Positions 39,237-52,055 of a stretch of DNA of 64,000 nucleotides are shown here, piece by piece. The notes beneath the pieces were generated by a model that ran no database searches, was not told the DNA's origin, and saw only the letters and a program-made list of their open reading frames with translations. Each line of letters starts with the position of its first letter. The stretch's first letter is position 1. Made by a program: the position numbers and the translations under genes. This DNA is from Azolla caroliniana (lineage: Eukaryota > Plantae > Polypodiophyta), in NCBI GenBank assembly GCA_043228905.1, contig JBHGNT010000011.1:7626001-7690000 (forward strand), read 5' to 3'.

Positions 39237-41857
39237 TAGAGTTGTTGAAAGAATTTGAAGCTCGTTATAACCAATTAACGACTAAAAGTAGCAATGGGCG
39301 CGGTTCGGTTTCTTGATCTTGAAACCAAACCATGTAACAATCCATATATGTAACTTAAGAACAACAATCCATATAATAGAGTTCTAAATCCATAGGACCA
39401 TATATGTAAACTTAATCCAGCTTTTTGTTTCCAATGTTTGAATAAGTTATTCCTGAAAGTATAAAATACACAAAATAATTAAGTAATTCATAATAACAAA
39501 TTTAAAGAATCGAATAAAAAACAAAATAGTAAACAATAAGTAATAATAATTACAATGACTTTGAGGATCTCCAATTGCAACCACTATTGCATTAACTTGT
39601 CAAAAATCAACATGATTCCTGTACATATAAAATACATAAAAACAAGTAAGTAATTATTAATAAAAATATTTTAAGCAAAGACTCAAATAAAAAACAACCA
39701 AGTAACAAGTATGCACACCTTAATTTTCCTTTGACTATCATGTAATATGTAATCTATTACCTCGTCTTCAGTAACAAGATCATCCAAATTCATTGTTAAT
39801 TCTGCATAGGTCGTGTGAAAATTATCTTTCAATTGAACATTAGTTTCATTTAAAACATCCATCCAATATCGAATGCACATTTCAACTTTGAAAGTGCATA
39901 AATGTAGTTTGATCCTATTATCAAAGGTATATTTTTGTTGCTAAATTAGCCTCTTCAGTAGGTACTAATGATGTTGGTATAGTGAGGTAATTACATGCCA
40001 TTCTATATGGTGAAGGCATTGCAGATTTATTATCATTCCACCATTGTAAAGGATCCTTGTTCGTGCCAACCAAAGGAAATCTTATAAAGTGCTCAAATTC
40101 TGATTGTGAATCAGAAACAAGGCTTTTATTATTTACACCCATTAACCTCCAAAATTTAGAGTTCTTATCATTTTCATTTATTGTGGTTAAAGCCGAAGGT
40201 GGTTCAACATCACTCGAGAATGAGTGATAATGAGACTCAATCATGCTTTCAACTAACTTAATATCTAACTCTCTTTCTATATGATTATTTGGAAGAGGCA
40301 ATATATAAAACAAATAAAACAATTTTAAACTCAAACAAAAAATTAGAAATCATGATGAAAATTGTACGACATAAAGGTAAGCATTACCTGGTATCAAGAA
40401 ACATTGCAATGCGAGACGGAATAGACTTTAACGGATCTTGATACTTAATTAAATATTGTAAGCAGTTCTCAGACGCTCTTTGAAGCACCTCTTGTGTGAA
40501 TCTAGATGATCCTGGAAGTGAAGAATCTAAAAATTGATTGCAATGATTTAGTAACCAATTATAATGTGTGATATCTTGACCCTCCCAGAAAAGTAGAAAC
40601 CTTGATTGGTGTATCTAGCTATTCCTTCATGGCATGTATGTGACTGCAGTCTTCTCCTGTCAAGACTTAACCATTGAAATCATTTGATATTGTTAAATCT
40701 GAAATTGTAAAATTCAATACATCTTTATCCTTGATAGCTTGCCTAAACATTTCCAAGGTCGAATTCCATCTTGTAACAACATCAAGCCTTGGGGGTTCCC
40801 TTTTGTGATGTTCAACCATCCTAGCATACTTCCTAAACACTTCCCTTCAAACCTTTCTAGATCACTGTTCTCAACTTTTCTGTTGAGGGTGAGATAACCT
40901 CTAATGTTGCCTTGATACCCAACTGAAAAGTGTGTACCATACATCTTAACATATGTGACGGAGCCAAAATTTCCTTACCGTGCTCATCATGTAATAACAT
41001 GCTCAACTCCTTTGTAGTCGCTTGTGCATCACTCGCTCCATCAAAAATTATAGCTGAGAGGAAACTAGAAATATCAAATGATCGAAGTCAAGCAAAGAGG
41101 GCATGTGCACAACACTTCGCTGATCCAACACCTGGAAATACATGCACAAAATCCAATAACATTGACCTCGACCTTGCTGTCTCATGACATGCCCAATGAA
41201 GTGTCACTGGGTAGATGCCCTTTAGACTACTATTTGACCAACCATCAAAAGTTATGGAAAATCTTGATTCGCATTTCGATAGCAAATCTATCACGTGATG
41301 GCACAACACCAAATACATTTCTAGGATGGAACGCTTCAAACATCGGGTCATTTAGAACAGGTAATATATCGCACTCCTTTATTGATAAATACATGAGATG
41401 TCAAGAATTGCAATTTTTTAACAAACTTTCAAGAATGTATCATGCATGCGCACATGACTTTTAAAAACATCAATAAAAAACATAGTTAAAATTATCAAGA
41501 TTTCAATTTTAACCTATATTTTCTCAATTCACTTGGATTATGAGAATGCTTCCAACTATCATTGTAATATGCTTCATTTTACATAATGTTGAATTTGAAT
41601 CCAATTCAACAATTTTAGAAACACAATTTTAATGTTATATTTCTCTCTAACTCCTATAAAGCTTGGTATATTAAATGAGGAAATTGCATTTTTGGGTATA
41701 ATTAGACACATATTCACAAGTGAATATCACATTATATACCTCACATGCCCAAAAACTTCTACAAACATTATATCCCAATCATATATGAACAACCTAAATG
41801 TAAGATCAAGTGAGCAACAACGTTGACTTAATATTGTTCTGCACACTCGAAACTAAA
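39237..41857 (-). mobile_element. Degenerate hAT DNA transposon; boundaries approximate
   Basis: FSITFDGWS (first catalytic Asp) at 41088-41351; DPLQWW...MACNYLTIPTSLVPTEE dimerisation domain at 39921-40334. Confidence 0.8.
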
Positions 41858-44800
41858 TGTAAAGAATCATGAGATGGATTCTGTGCAGCGGAATAGATAT
41901 GAACTATGTGTGTGTATAAGAGAGAGAGAGAGAGAGTGTGTGAGTGAGCAGACAAGGAGTAAGACATAGAGAATACGCAAGGTAAAGTATATTAACAAAG
42001 TAAAAAGACTCAACATTATACAAGGTGGGAGGAGGGTGCTTTATATAGTCACCCTCTCTCTTCATTAACTACAAGACTCATGGAGCGTGGGGAATGTGAA
42101 AGCTCATACGTTATGTGTCATAGAATATGGTTTTATGACTCATACTAAATGCTAGAATACAAACTAGTGACATAATGGTGACTCTTGACCGTTGGAGTGC
42201 CTATTCACTCTCAAGGTGAGTTCACACACTAGATCAAGTTGAGCTTGATTCTCAACACACCCCCTCAAGCTCAAGTCGAGTCGGTTTCAGACGGTATCCG
42301 AAATCCGTTTCAACTCGCGTTTCGGAGTCCGCGTCGACTCGCATTTATGTGGAGTTGAGGAATCCGTGCTCCAACTTGCGTTGTACGTAGTTGCGAAGTC
42401 TGTGCTTCGGCTTGCGTCTTTCTTCGCGGCTTCGTTGTGCGGTTGCGGAATCCACACGTTATTGCGTAGCGTCTTTCTTCACGGCTTTGTTGCACGGTTG
42501 CAGAATCCACGCGTTATTGCATAGTGTCTTCAGTACTCCCCCTCAAGCTTGGCAGGTCAGGGATTGTCAATCTCAGATCGGTCATGAATTGCCATAGCTT
42601 GTCGGCTCCTAAGGCTTTAGTGAAGATGTTGGTTGTTTGAAGATTGGTGCTAATGTGTTGTAGGTTGACATCGCCAGCTAGAATGCGCTCTTGGATGAAG
42701 TGATAGTGCACTTCGATGTGCTTTGTCCACGTGTGGAACACTGGGTTCTGAGCCAGATAGATATTGCTCAGGTTGTCACAGTAAAGGGAAGTCGGATCCT
42801 TGATGGGTACACCCAGATCCTTGAGTAACCTTTTGAGCCATACACGGCTTCACATGCGGCCATTGCCACCCCCCTATATTCCACCTTTGTGCTCGAAACA
42901 ACAACGGTTGGTTGCTTTCTATTGCTCCAAGATATTGCTCCACTGCCGAGGGAAAAAAACAAATCCAAAGGTTGATCTTCGATCGGCTTTGTAGACGGCC
43001 CAATCGGCGTCTGTGTACCCCTCGAGTCGTATTGGCATCGCGATCTTGTAGAGGATGCCACAATCCATTGTGCCGCTCACGTATCATAGAACTCGCTTAG
43101 CGCAATCTAAGTGAGTATCACGAGGTGTTTGCATGAATTGGCTAAGGAGACCGCCAGATAACTGCGATCGGGTTCTGTGATCGTGAGATAAATGAGACTC
43201 CCGATGAGTTGCCGATATTGAATCGGCTCACACGCTTTGCTGCCAGAGTTCGCATCTAGTTTGAAATTGCAATCAAGCGGGGTTGCCACGGATTTGCACT
43301 CTGCCATACCAAACTTGTATAACAAGTTGAGGATGTAGTGCCGTTCAGAGATCATGATTCCGGCCGGAGTCCGAATTACCTCAATGCCGAGGAAGTAGTG
43401 GAACTCCTTCATGTCTGTCATCTCGAACTTGTCGGAATGGAGGGATTTAACCTTATTGATTTCGACGAGATGCTCACCTTCAATGACTAGGTCATCCACA
43501 TATAAGATGATGACGATCGGACTTGCGGAATCACTTCGTATGTAGAGGGAGTTGTCCGATTTTGACATACGGAAGCTGATTTGATGAAGATATTGCGTTA
43601 TCTTCGAATGGCAAGCACGCGGTGCTTGCTGGAGGCCGTAGAGTGGCTTCTTGAGTCAGCTACAACTGTCTGATGGGTGCTCGAGTTGAAGCCGGGTGGT
43701 TGTATCATGTACACCTCCTCTTCTAATTCGCCTTGGAGAAAAGCGTTCTTGACGTCCATTTGATGGAGGTGCCAACCTTTCACCGCGGCAAGCGCAATTA
43801 CGGTTCGTACTATCATCATCTTTGCCACCGGGGCAAAGGTCTCTTCGTAGTCAACTCCGTGCGTTTGTGTGTAGCCTTTCGCTATGTGTCGCGCTTTGTA
43901 GCGGTTGACGGAACCGTCGGCGTTGTACTTCACTTTGTAAATCCATCTCCATCCGATCGCCGTTTTGTGTGGTGAGGTGGGAACAAGATCCCACGTCTCG
44001 TTCTTGCGTAGTGCCTACATCTCCTCGTTCATAGCTTCGATCCATCGCGGATCCTTGGCTGCTTCGGAAAATGTTTCGGGCTCGCATATTGTCGCCACCT
44101 TCATCATAAAGGCATAGTGATATGCCATGTCGTCGTTGTAGCCGAATCGGCTGACCGGATTCTTTTCACGGATGGAGCAACAAAGCTTTTCATTTGCAGA
44201 GATGAGCGCTTTCTTAGCTCCAATTGGTACATAGAAGCTGCCGAACTCACTGTCGAGTGAGTGAGTCGAGTCATCGTCGTCGAACCGATCGTCTTCGTAT
44301 TCCAACATTTTCGCCTTGCCTTTCTCCATCTTTGGGCTAGGCCGTGTGATGTGCTTTGATCGCTCACAGGCTCTTGTGGTCCGCTCAGTCGGGTCGTGAT
44401 TGGACTTTCTTCGAACATGCGCGTAAGGCAATCTTCATCCTCTATCTCTTGTTCGGCGGATCCCGGGTCGAGCGGAGCCAGAGTCGAAGTTGTCTCTGGT
44501 GCGTACCAAGATGTGGACTCGTCAAAAACGACGTCTCGACTTTTTGAGTTGAGGGGTTGTGTCATGATAACACTCACATCATGCATCGAAAGGATGATGA
44601 CACTCACATTATGACTCGAAAGGATTTGAACCCACGAACTTGTTGTACACATGTCAAATCCTTAACCATTGTATTAATATTCTTATATGTATAGTCTCTA
44701 GAATATGAAATCTAATATCATAGGAATATTCTATATTACTCTACATTCTAGAATGACCTAGAATATTCTAGAGTGTTCTATACCACTAGAACCTTCTAGA

Positions 44801-44886
44801 ATACTCTAGAGATCTTCTAGATTACTCTACATTCTAGGATAACCTAGAATATTCTAGAGTGTTCTCTATTACTTATAAATAGGGAT

Positions 44887-44912
44887 GGGTCGAAGCATGC
44901 TACGGTGTACCA
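44887..44912 (+). repeat. Left TIR of the Sola2-type element
   Basis: 25/26 match to the reverse complement of 56785-56810. Confidence 0.95.
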
Positions 44913-45884
44913 ACTTTTGGCCAAAAATTTAGTACTAAATCGAAGAAGAAAATAAACATTAAAAATTGTAAATAAATTTCAAAAAACAAAGAACAAATTC
45001 ATTACATCACACTCGAATGCACAAAGATATTATACGTCACACTCGAAATGTCGCTAGGCCATATTTAATACATTAATTGTTGCCCCAGTCTCCTAGGTAG
45101 AGTTGTACGAAAGCACACCTGGAGAAGGTATCCATTGTGACAGTTGGTCAGTCTCAGTATCTCTCTCTCTCTCTCTCTCTCTGGTATGGGTAGTCGAACG
45201 TGTCAATTGGTATGTCTCTCTCTCTCACTCACTCACTCTCTCTCTCACTCTCTCTCTCTTCTGTCTCGAAGTTGTCAGATAGACAGTGGCAGAAAGTTAA
45301 AGAAAGACGACATATCTATTACAGGTCTATCTCTCTCTTTCTCTCTCTCACTCCACCTTCGAAGCTCTGTTTCTTTCTTTCTTTCTGTTTCTCTCTCTCA
45401 CTCCACCTTCGATTCTCTGTTTCCCCGTGTAGTTGTTCTTGTGTTCCCCTCTGTGCCAGGTTCGCAGAGATTTTTGTTTCCCCTGCTCGTTGTATGTGTC
45501 GTTGATTTTCCTTCCTTGTGTATGCTCATTTGTCTCCTCTGTGTATGCTCGTTTGTCTCCTCTGCAGCAGCCTCGTCAACAACCTCTTGCATATAGGTGA
45601 TTTTGAAGGCTTGGTGTGCTCCCAAGGTGTCGAAATCAACACGGTGTGGTACCTCTGCAAGTTGTACGACCTCCAGGTATTCTCTGTGTTGCATGCCCAA
45701 CTGGTATGTTTTCTTTTTCTGAATGTTTCCTGTCTGTCTTTTTTTATTTGCATGTGTATGGCCATTTTTAGGGTTTGATTATTCATAGTCTATGTGTTGC
45801 ATGCCCAACTGGTATGTTTTTGTTTTCTCTGTGTTTCGTTGTGTTTCATTTAAAAATGTATGACAATATTTTGATCGAGGTGGT

Positions 45885-46230
45885 TGTGTGTTAGACATGT
45901 TTGTACATGCAACGTAAATGGAGTTGGCTATGATGAGTTGCTATGTTTTCGTTTTGTTCTTGTTTCCTGTCCATCTGTTTTATTTTGTGTGAGTTTGACA
46001 TGGACGAATGTTTTTCTGACTATTTTGGGTTTTTGTGTGTTTGACATGGCTTGTACATGCGATGTGATGGAGTTGGCTATGATGATTTACAATGTTTTCG
46101 TTTTCTTTGACTTTCCTATCCGTCTGTTTTTATTGTCTGTGTGTTTGACATGGATGAGTTTTTTTCCGACTATTTAGGGTTATTGTGTGTTTGACATGGT
46201 TTGTACATGCAATGTGATGATTTGCTATGT
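45885..46230. repeat. ~150-bp tandem repeat (TTGACATG..TTGTACATGC units) upstream of the accessory coding region
   Basis: Unit starts at about 45891, 46041 and 46191. Confidence 0.8.
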
Positions 46231-46303
46231 GTTGATGGTAATTGCTTGAGTTTTCTTCTAGTACATGCATATTCATTCCCTGAGAATTGTGTTGACTAGG
46301 ACA

Positions 46304-49300
46304 ATGACGAGAAGGACACCCATAAAGAAGACATTGATGAAAGAGAAAGTGAAGACACCAGTGAAGGAAGGAAGAAGGACACCCATGAAAGAAAGCAAGA
46401 AGACACCCACAAGAGAAAGGGTGATGAATTCATCAACACAGAGAAAGAAGATGTACCACTCCATTAGTCGAGACACACCTCTTGGATGGAATTATTTCCT
46501 TCGAGCACGACCTGACGTTTATCCAGAGTTGAGAGAGTGGTTGTTAAAAACCTGGGGGTCAGCACATCCCGACACAAGTCGAGGATTCCACATAAGTGGT
46601 TTGAAGAGGGAATACATGAATTTATTGAAGACGAGATACGAACATGTTTATGATACAAATCAAATCACTAACAATGAGGTGGGTACTGTTTTTGCACGTG
46701 CTTTTGCATGTGAAGTTCAAGGTGGCATTGACGTAAATTGGGAAGATTTTAATCGGCACCGGTCAGAACATTACAAAGGGTCCTCTAGTACCAACACTGG
46801 CTTGAAGTCATCTGGAACCTCTCATGTGGATATTCTAGCTATAACACCTGTCCACCAAGTTTTAGAGGCAAAGGTACGGGCCACAATGACTGAAAAGCAT
46901 GAACAGATGATGGCCGGTTGCATAACTTCTATGAGCTCAAGAATACAAACACTACTTGCTGATTTGGAAGCAGTTAAATCAGCTGAGATATAGGAAGAAA
47001 AGAAATTTTCTTCAATAAAAACTACATATGAATGGATTGCATCGACAATCCAAAATTCAGAAAGTGAGGTGTTGAAAGAGGAGTTGAAGAAAGAGCTGAA
47101 CAATATGGGCCCTCAATTAGGTTCACAAATGAGAGACCTTGATACTTAAAGAAATAGATGAGGAATGCACATGAAGAAATAGATAATAAGTTGTCAGCCT
47201 TAAAGTTGCATTCTGAGAACCTTGCATGCTTGATGCAGGATTTAAAACAAAATGGTTTTGATACTTTGTGTCCATCTGTAATTGAGCACCCAAGTGGTAT
47301 AGAAAGTACCATTATTAGTATAGCTATATCACGGTATTGGCTTTAAAAGTTATTTATTTCTACTTCTCTGGTATAAATAAGTGAGCAGCTAATATATTAT
47401 AACTTGTGTTTGTAATCTTCTAGGTGTATATTTTGTGGCCTCGGATTCAAGCTGGAGGCTATGGATGTTGTGATTACACCATGCTTGCACACATATCATG
47501 TGCTATGTGCTAAGTATCATTTTGAGAAAGAGAATACATGTATGGATTGTAAAACTACAATTGCGGCTGAGTGGTACTATGCTTGGGGTTTAAAAGTACA
47601 CCCGTACGGTATGTGGCTCTACTATTCTATTGTTTGTATTATATGATGTCAATTAACATTTGGACTAGAACTAGTGTATGCCACAATTCATACTTCAAAT
47701 TTAGTGTCATCTCTAACAACTATTATGTGGAACCCTAATTATGTGGGTTAGTATTGGCAGTACTCTTAATATATAATTGGTATGTGTAGTTGAAGGGATA
47801 TTTTCCAAAATTAGTAGTACTAAAAGGGAACCAGGTACAACATCGTCCAATCTATATTGCAACTTGCCTAGTATTAGTTTAGTAAACACTATACTTATAG
47901 TACACTGTTGACTGTTAGTATTGTTTGTGTAATTTGGGAATTAGTACTAGTAATGTAATTTGGGAACAAGGTGTATAGTAAATTGCCGAATAATAGTACA
48001 ATTATTGTAATTTGGAAATGAGATGTGTCAAACACATATCACGTTTAGTACTAATATTGTTGGTGTAATTAGTACAAGTTATGTAACTAGGTGTGTAGAA
48101 CACATATCATGTTTAGTATTACTTGTGTGCAAAATACCAATCTACATTTGTTGGATTAGTACTTAGTAAGTACTACATGGTTCATGATTAGTACTAGTTC
48201 TGTACTTTGTGAACTAAGTTACTTGTACATTGCTCATGATTAATACTAGTTTTGTAATTTGGGAACTAAGTAGTACTTTGTTCCTTATTAGTACTAGTTT
48301 TGTACCTTATTAGTACTAGATCAGTAATCTAGAAAATAAGTGAGTAGTACATTTTGTAGGATTAGTACTAATTGTGTAATTTGACTAAGTCAGCGGTACA
48401 TTGTTGAGTAGTACATTGTTCAGGATTAGTACTAATTGTGTAATTTGACTAAGTCAGTGGTACATTGTTCGGGATTAGTACTCCTTGTGTAATTTGCCAA
48501 CTAAGTGAGTAGTATATTGTGCATGATTAGTACTACTTGTGTAAATTGGGAACTAAGTGAGCATTACATTGTTCGGGATTAGTACTCCTTGTGTAATTTG
48601 GTAATTAAGTGAGTAGTATATTGTGCATGATTAGTACTACTTGTGTAAATTGGGAACTAAGTGAGCAGTACATTGTTCGGGATTAGTACTCCTTGTGTAA
48701 TTTGCTAACTAAGTGAGTAGTATATTGTGCATGATTAGTACTACTTGTGTAAATTGGGAACTAAGTGAGCATTACATTGTTCGGGATTAGTACTCCTTGT
48801 GTAATTTGCTAACTAAGTGAGTAGTATATTGTGCATGATTAGTACTACTTGTGTATATTGTGCATGATTAGTACTAATCGTGTAAATTGGGAACTAAGTG
48901 AGCAGTACAGTGTTCCTTATTAGTACTAGTTCAGTAATTTAGGAACTATGTGAGTAGTACATTGTTCATGATTGGTACATTGTGTAAAATGGGAAGCAGC
49001 TCTTGTGACCTACATTATATATTTTAGATGATGGTACTAACATTCAAGGTTTTTTTGTTTCTTGCAATGAATGTTGTAGTGTCAAGCAACTCCACGCCAA
49101 GGAAGATAATGGAACAACCAGCCCCTGTGCCTAAACCCTCAATATCTGTTGCACATTCCAAGGTTCAGGGACCATCATTACCAATAACCTATGATTTTTA
49201 TGATGAGGATGAATGTATGAGAAGGGCCATTGGAGCAGTGGAACATATGCTTCTACAAACAAATTCCCCAAGCTCCGGTCAACATCAAGAAATAGAGCCC

Positions 49301-50914
49301 ACTAAGAAGAGAAATGCGGTTTCTTTACAAATAGAGCCCAGTAAGAAGAGAAATGTTGTAAGAATGTTGTATGGAAATGGCAAGAAAGGTAAAGTTGAAT
49401 GCAATGGTGAGTCATATAAGTTCTCACCTGTCTGGAGCATTGTCAACCTAATCCATTGTCTAATACTATGTACTTGTGTTACTAGCTGATGATGAAATGA
49501 TATTTGGTGACGGAGATACGAGTCCAAAACCTGATCATGAAGACGAATTTATCACACTCCCAGGTACACGTCAAAAGCCAGACTTTGAAAACAATGATTT
49601 AGCTCATAACAACCCTATTTTTGTTGTTATTATAGATCATAACAACAATGTTGAGCACCTAGATGTTGTGGAGAAGATGACCGAGCCCACCACTTGCAAT
49701 GGGGTATCTACGGCTGTACAGTATGACGATGTAACATTAGGTAAAAATGTGGCCCTAAACCCTATGTTCATTGTTTGCAAACTTTTGAGTATGTGAGTTG
49801 ATACCAATATTCTTTGGAATCCCATTAATTAGGTTTACAAGCACAGTCTGATTCCCAACTGCAATCAAATGAATCGGGAACTTCATGGAGCACAAGTGCA
49901 GAGTCAGATTCCCATCAGAGTCAAAATCAAATTAACCTTTGCAAGGAGGCAGACTCTGGAAGCACATCTTCCACACATGAGGATTGTGAGAAAAACGAAG
50001 CATTCATATGTGAAGAATAGTTGGCATGTACAAACAACACTATGCCTAAAGAAGCCTATGAGGAGTGTGGAAAGAATATGGCAAGTACTGAAGAGAAGAT
50101 TGAAGCCCATGAAGAGTGTGGAAAGAATATCGCAAGTACTGAAGAGAAGACTGATTGTACTGATAATGTGGCAAGTGTTGAAGAGAAGACTGATTGTACT
50201 GATAATGTGCTAGTACTGTCTAAAGATTCCCATGAGGATCATGGAAAGAACATTGCTAGTAATGAAGAGGAGCTTGATTGTACTGAGAATGTGCTAGTAG
50301 TGTCTTGTGAAGCCCATGAGGATCGTGGAAAGAACATCGCTTTCCCTGAAGATAAGCCTGATTGTACAGAATCCCATGAGGAGTGTAGAGCGAACAACGT
50401 TACTAATGAAGGTGGGCCTGATTGTACTCAGAGCGAGCATACTAGCATCACCCAAGAGGACCATGCAATAACGACCACCCAAGCAGGTACACGTTGTCTT
50501 AAGAATGAGGTGACATCCACCGTACAAGAGGAGTTAACCATGACTACTGCCACGGTCCACATACAGGAGTCTAATAAGAATGAGTGTATAGGCATCGATG
50601 ATGATGATAGGGCAATAAAGATCGCTAGGAGTACAAGCATTCAGGAGATGAGTGATAATTTGTCTATCGATAACACCTTTGTGGATTTGTGTACAAGCAT
50701 TGCAGTTGCAGAAAACATAGTTGCTCTCTCAAGCTTGCCACCAGTACAAGGTGCCCGCGCATCCACGCCTGTCTCTGATGCCTCTGATGATGAAGTGCCA
50801 CTTAGTCAGCTCATACCTAAAGGCTTTAAGATAAAGAAGAATGTAAAATCAGAAAAATCTGGCACCAACAACAAGCGCATTACAAGATCGGCCAAGTTAC
50901 CCTCTAGTGCCTAA
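46304..50914 (+). pseudogene. Five-exon accessory gene: N-terminal domain, coiled coil, RING-H2 finger and long acidic repeat tail; a few stops and one frameshift
   Basis: Exons ~46304-47333, 47424-47608, 49080-49406, 49486-49740 and 49833-50914 are joined by GT-AG introns with compatible phases; CIFC-x15-CLHTYHVLC-x10-CMDC. Confidence 0.78.
47800..48975. repeat. Intronic AGTAC(T)-rich tandem array (52-bp monomer, 104-bp dimer in the regular part)
   Basis: CATTGTTCGGGATTAGTACTCC at 48463, 48567, 48671 and 48775. Confidence 0.9.
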
Positions 50915-51043
50915 TTGTCTTTCGATTGTACTTGAACTTTAGTTGTTAGTGATGTCTGAAATTGAACTATTTGGATACCAAAATACTGTTTCAATTGCCA
51001 ATGTCAAAAATCCAGTTCATTAATCTGAAATAGTTATACCAGT

Positions 51044-51950
51044 GTGAAATCAAGTTCATGTTTAAGGATTGCTTCTATATTTTGCTCGTCAACATATATC
51101 AAAAACAATGGGAATATATTTTTTGATCTAAGTATTCTTATTTTACAACGTTTTGTTTCTTTTTTGAGATCATCTCATAATCCTCGCAAAGTCTTTCAGT
51201 CTATTGTAGATAAAATGCTTGAAAGTCTTCTTAGCTTGCTAGGAAAATTTAGGTTTTCAGGTCTTGATGATGAGAAACAGAAAATATCGGGTGTTATTGA
51301 AGATATACTGAAGTATAGACTGTTTCATCAATCCCATTTGGAGGGTAACCAGAATGTGTGCAAATTGTTGAAGCAATGTGGGCCATATTTTGATGATATC
51401 ATCCCAAAGGATGAACCATCCACTAACAGTAGTAAGGAAACACTTACCTTTTTGAGCTATCACAAATTATTGTTTCAGGAGTTGGATTATTTTGTTAAGG
51501 AAAGGAAGGTTTGTACTTTAAAATCCATAGCTTGGATTTTCAGGACTTATATACAAGAAGTTAAAACTCAGATGGCTTCACAGGACATATCATGAAACAA
51601 AAAAGGATTCTGAGAGAATAATTTTCTTTGTTGTCTTCACAGAATTCATTGCCCCCTTTGAAGAATGAACTTACAGTAGAAAATCTTACAATATTAAAGT
51701 CTTTAATGAATTCAACTAACAATCTTCTCTTGGTAGCAAAAGAAGAGCAGATTTATGTGCCAACAGAGGACACACCAACTCTTATACAATATTTTTACTC
51801 ATTTTAACATGGCTCTGCAAAACTCCTATGCTCAAATAACATCAGGAAACATGAGCAATATCGGCAATGAAGAAATCCAAGTCCTGTTGACAACAGCTAA
51901 TATATTATGAAAGATAAGTACAAGTGGTTGAGAGGCATAAACACTTTGGA
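51044..51950 (+). pseudogene. URB2: Captured fragment of a URB2/Npa2-like ribosome biogenesis gene
   Basis: IVDKMLESLLSLL, LFHQSHLEG, SYHKLLFQEL and LMNSTNNLL..EEQIYVPTED resemble plant URB2 segments as recalled (FVDKLLEPLL, GLFHP.H, SYHRHLF, SINNLL..EKVYVRTED); frameshifted. Confidence 0.62.
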
Positions 51951-52055
51951 AGAAAGACGAAATATATCAATTCATTTGTCAATCATCAAAATTAATAGTG
52001 AACTCCAAGTGGATGTTTTTCAGTTTTCTGGTACAATGTATTGATAGGGTGACTT

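Noticed and set aside
48340-48975. Regularly spaced repeats that resemble a CRISPR array
   Set aside because: The spacers are themselves repeated (52/104-bp satellite), there are no cas genes, and the context is a eukaryotic intron.
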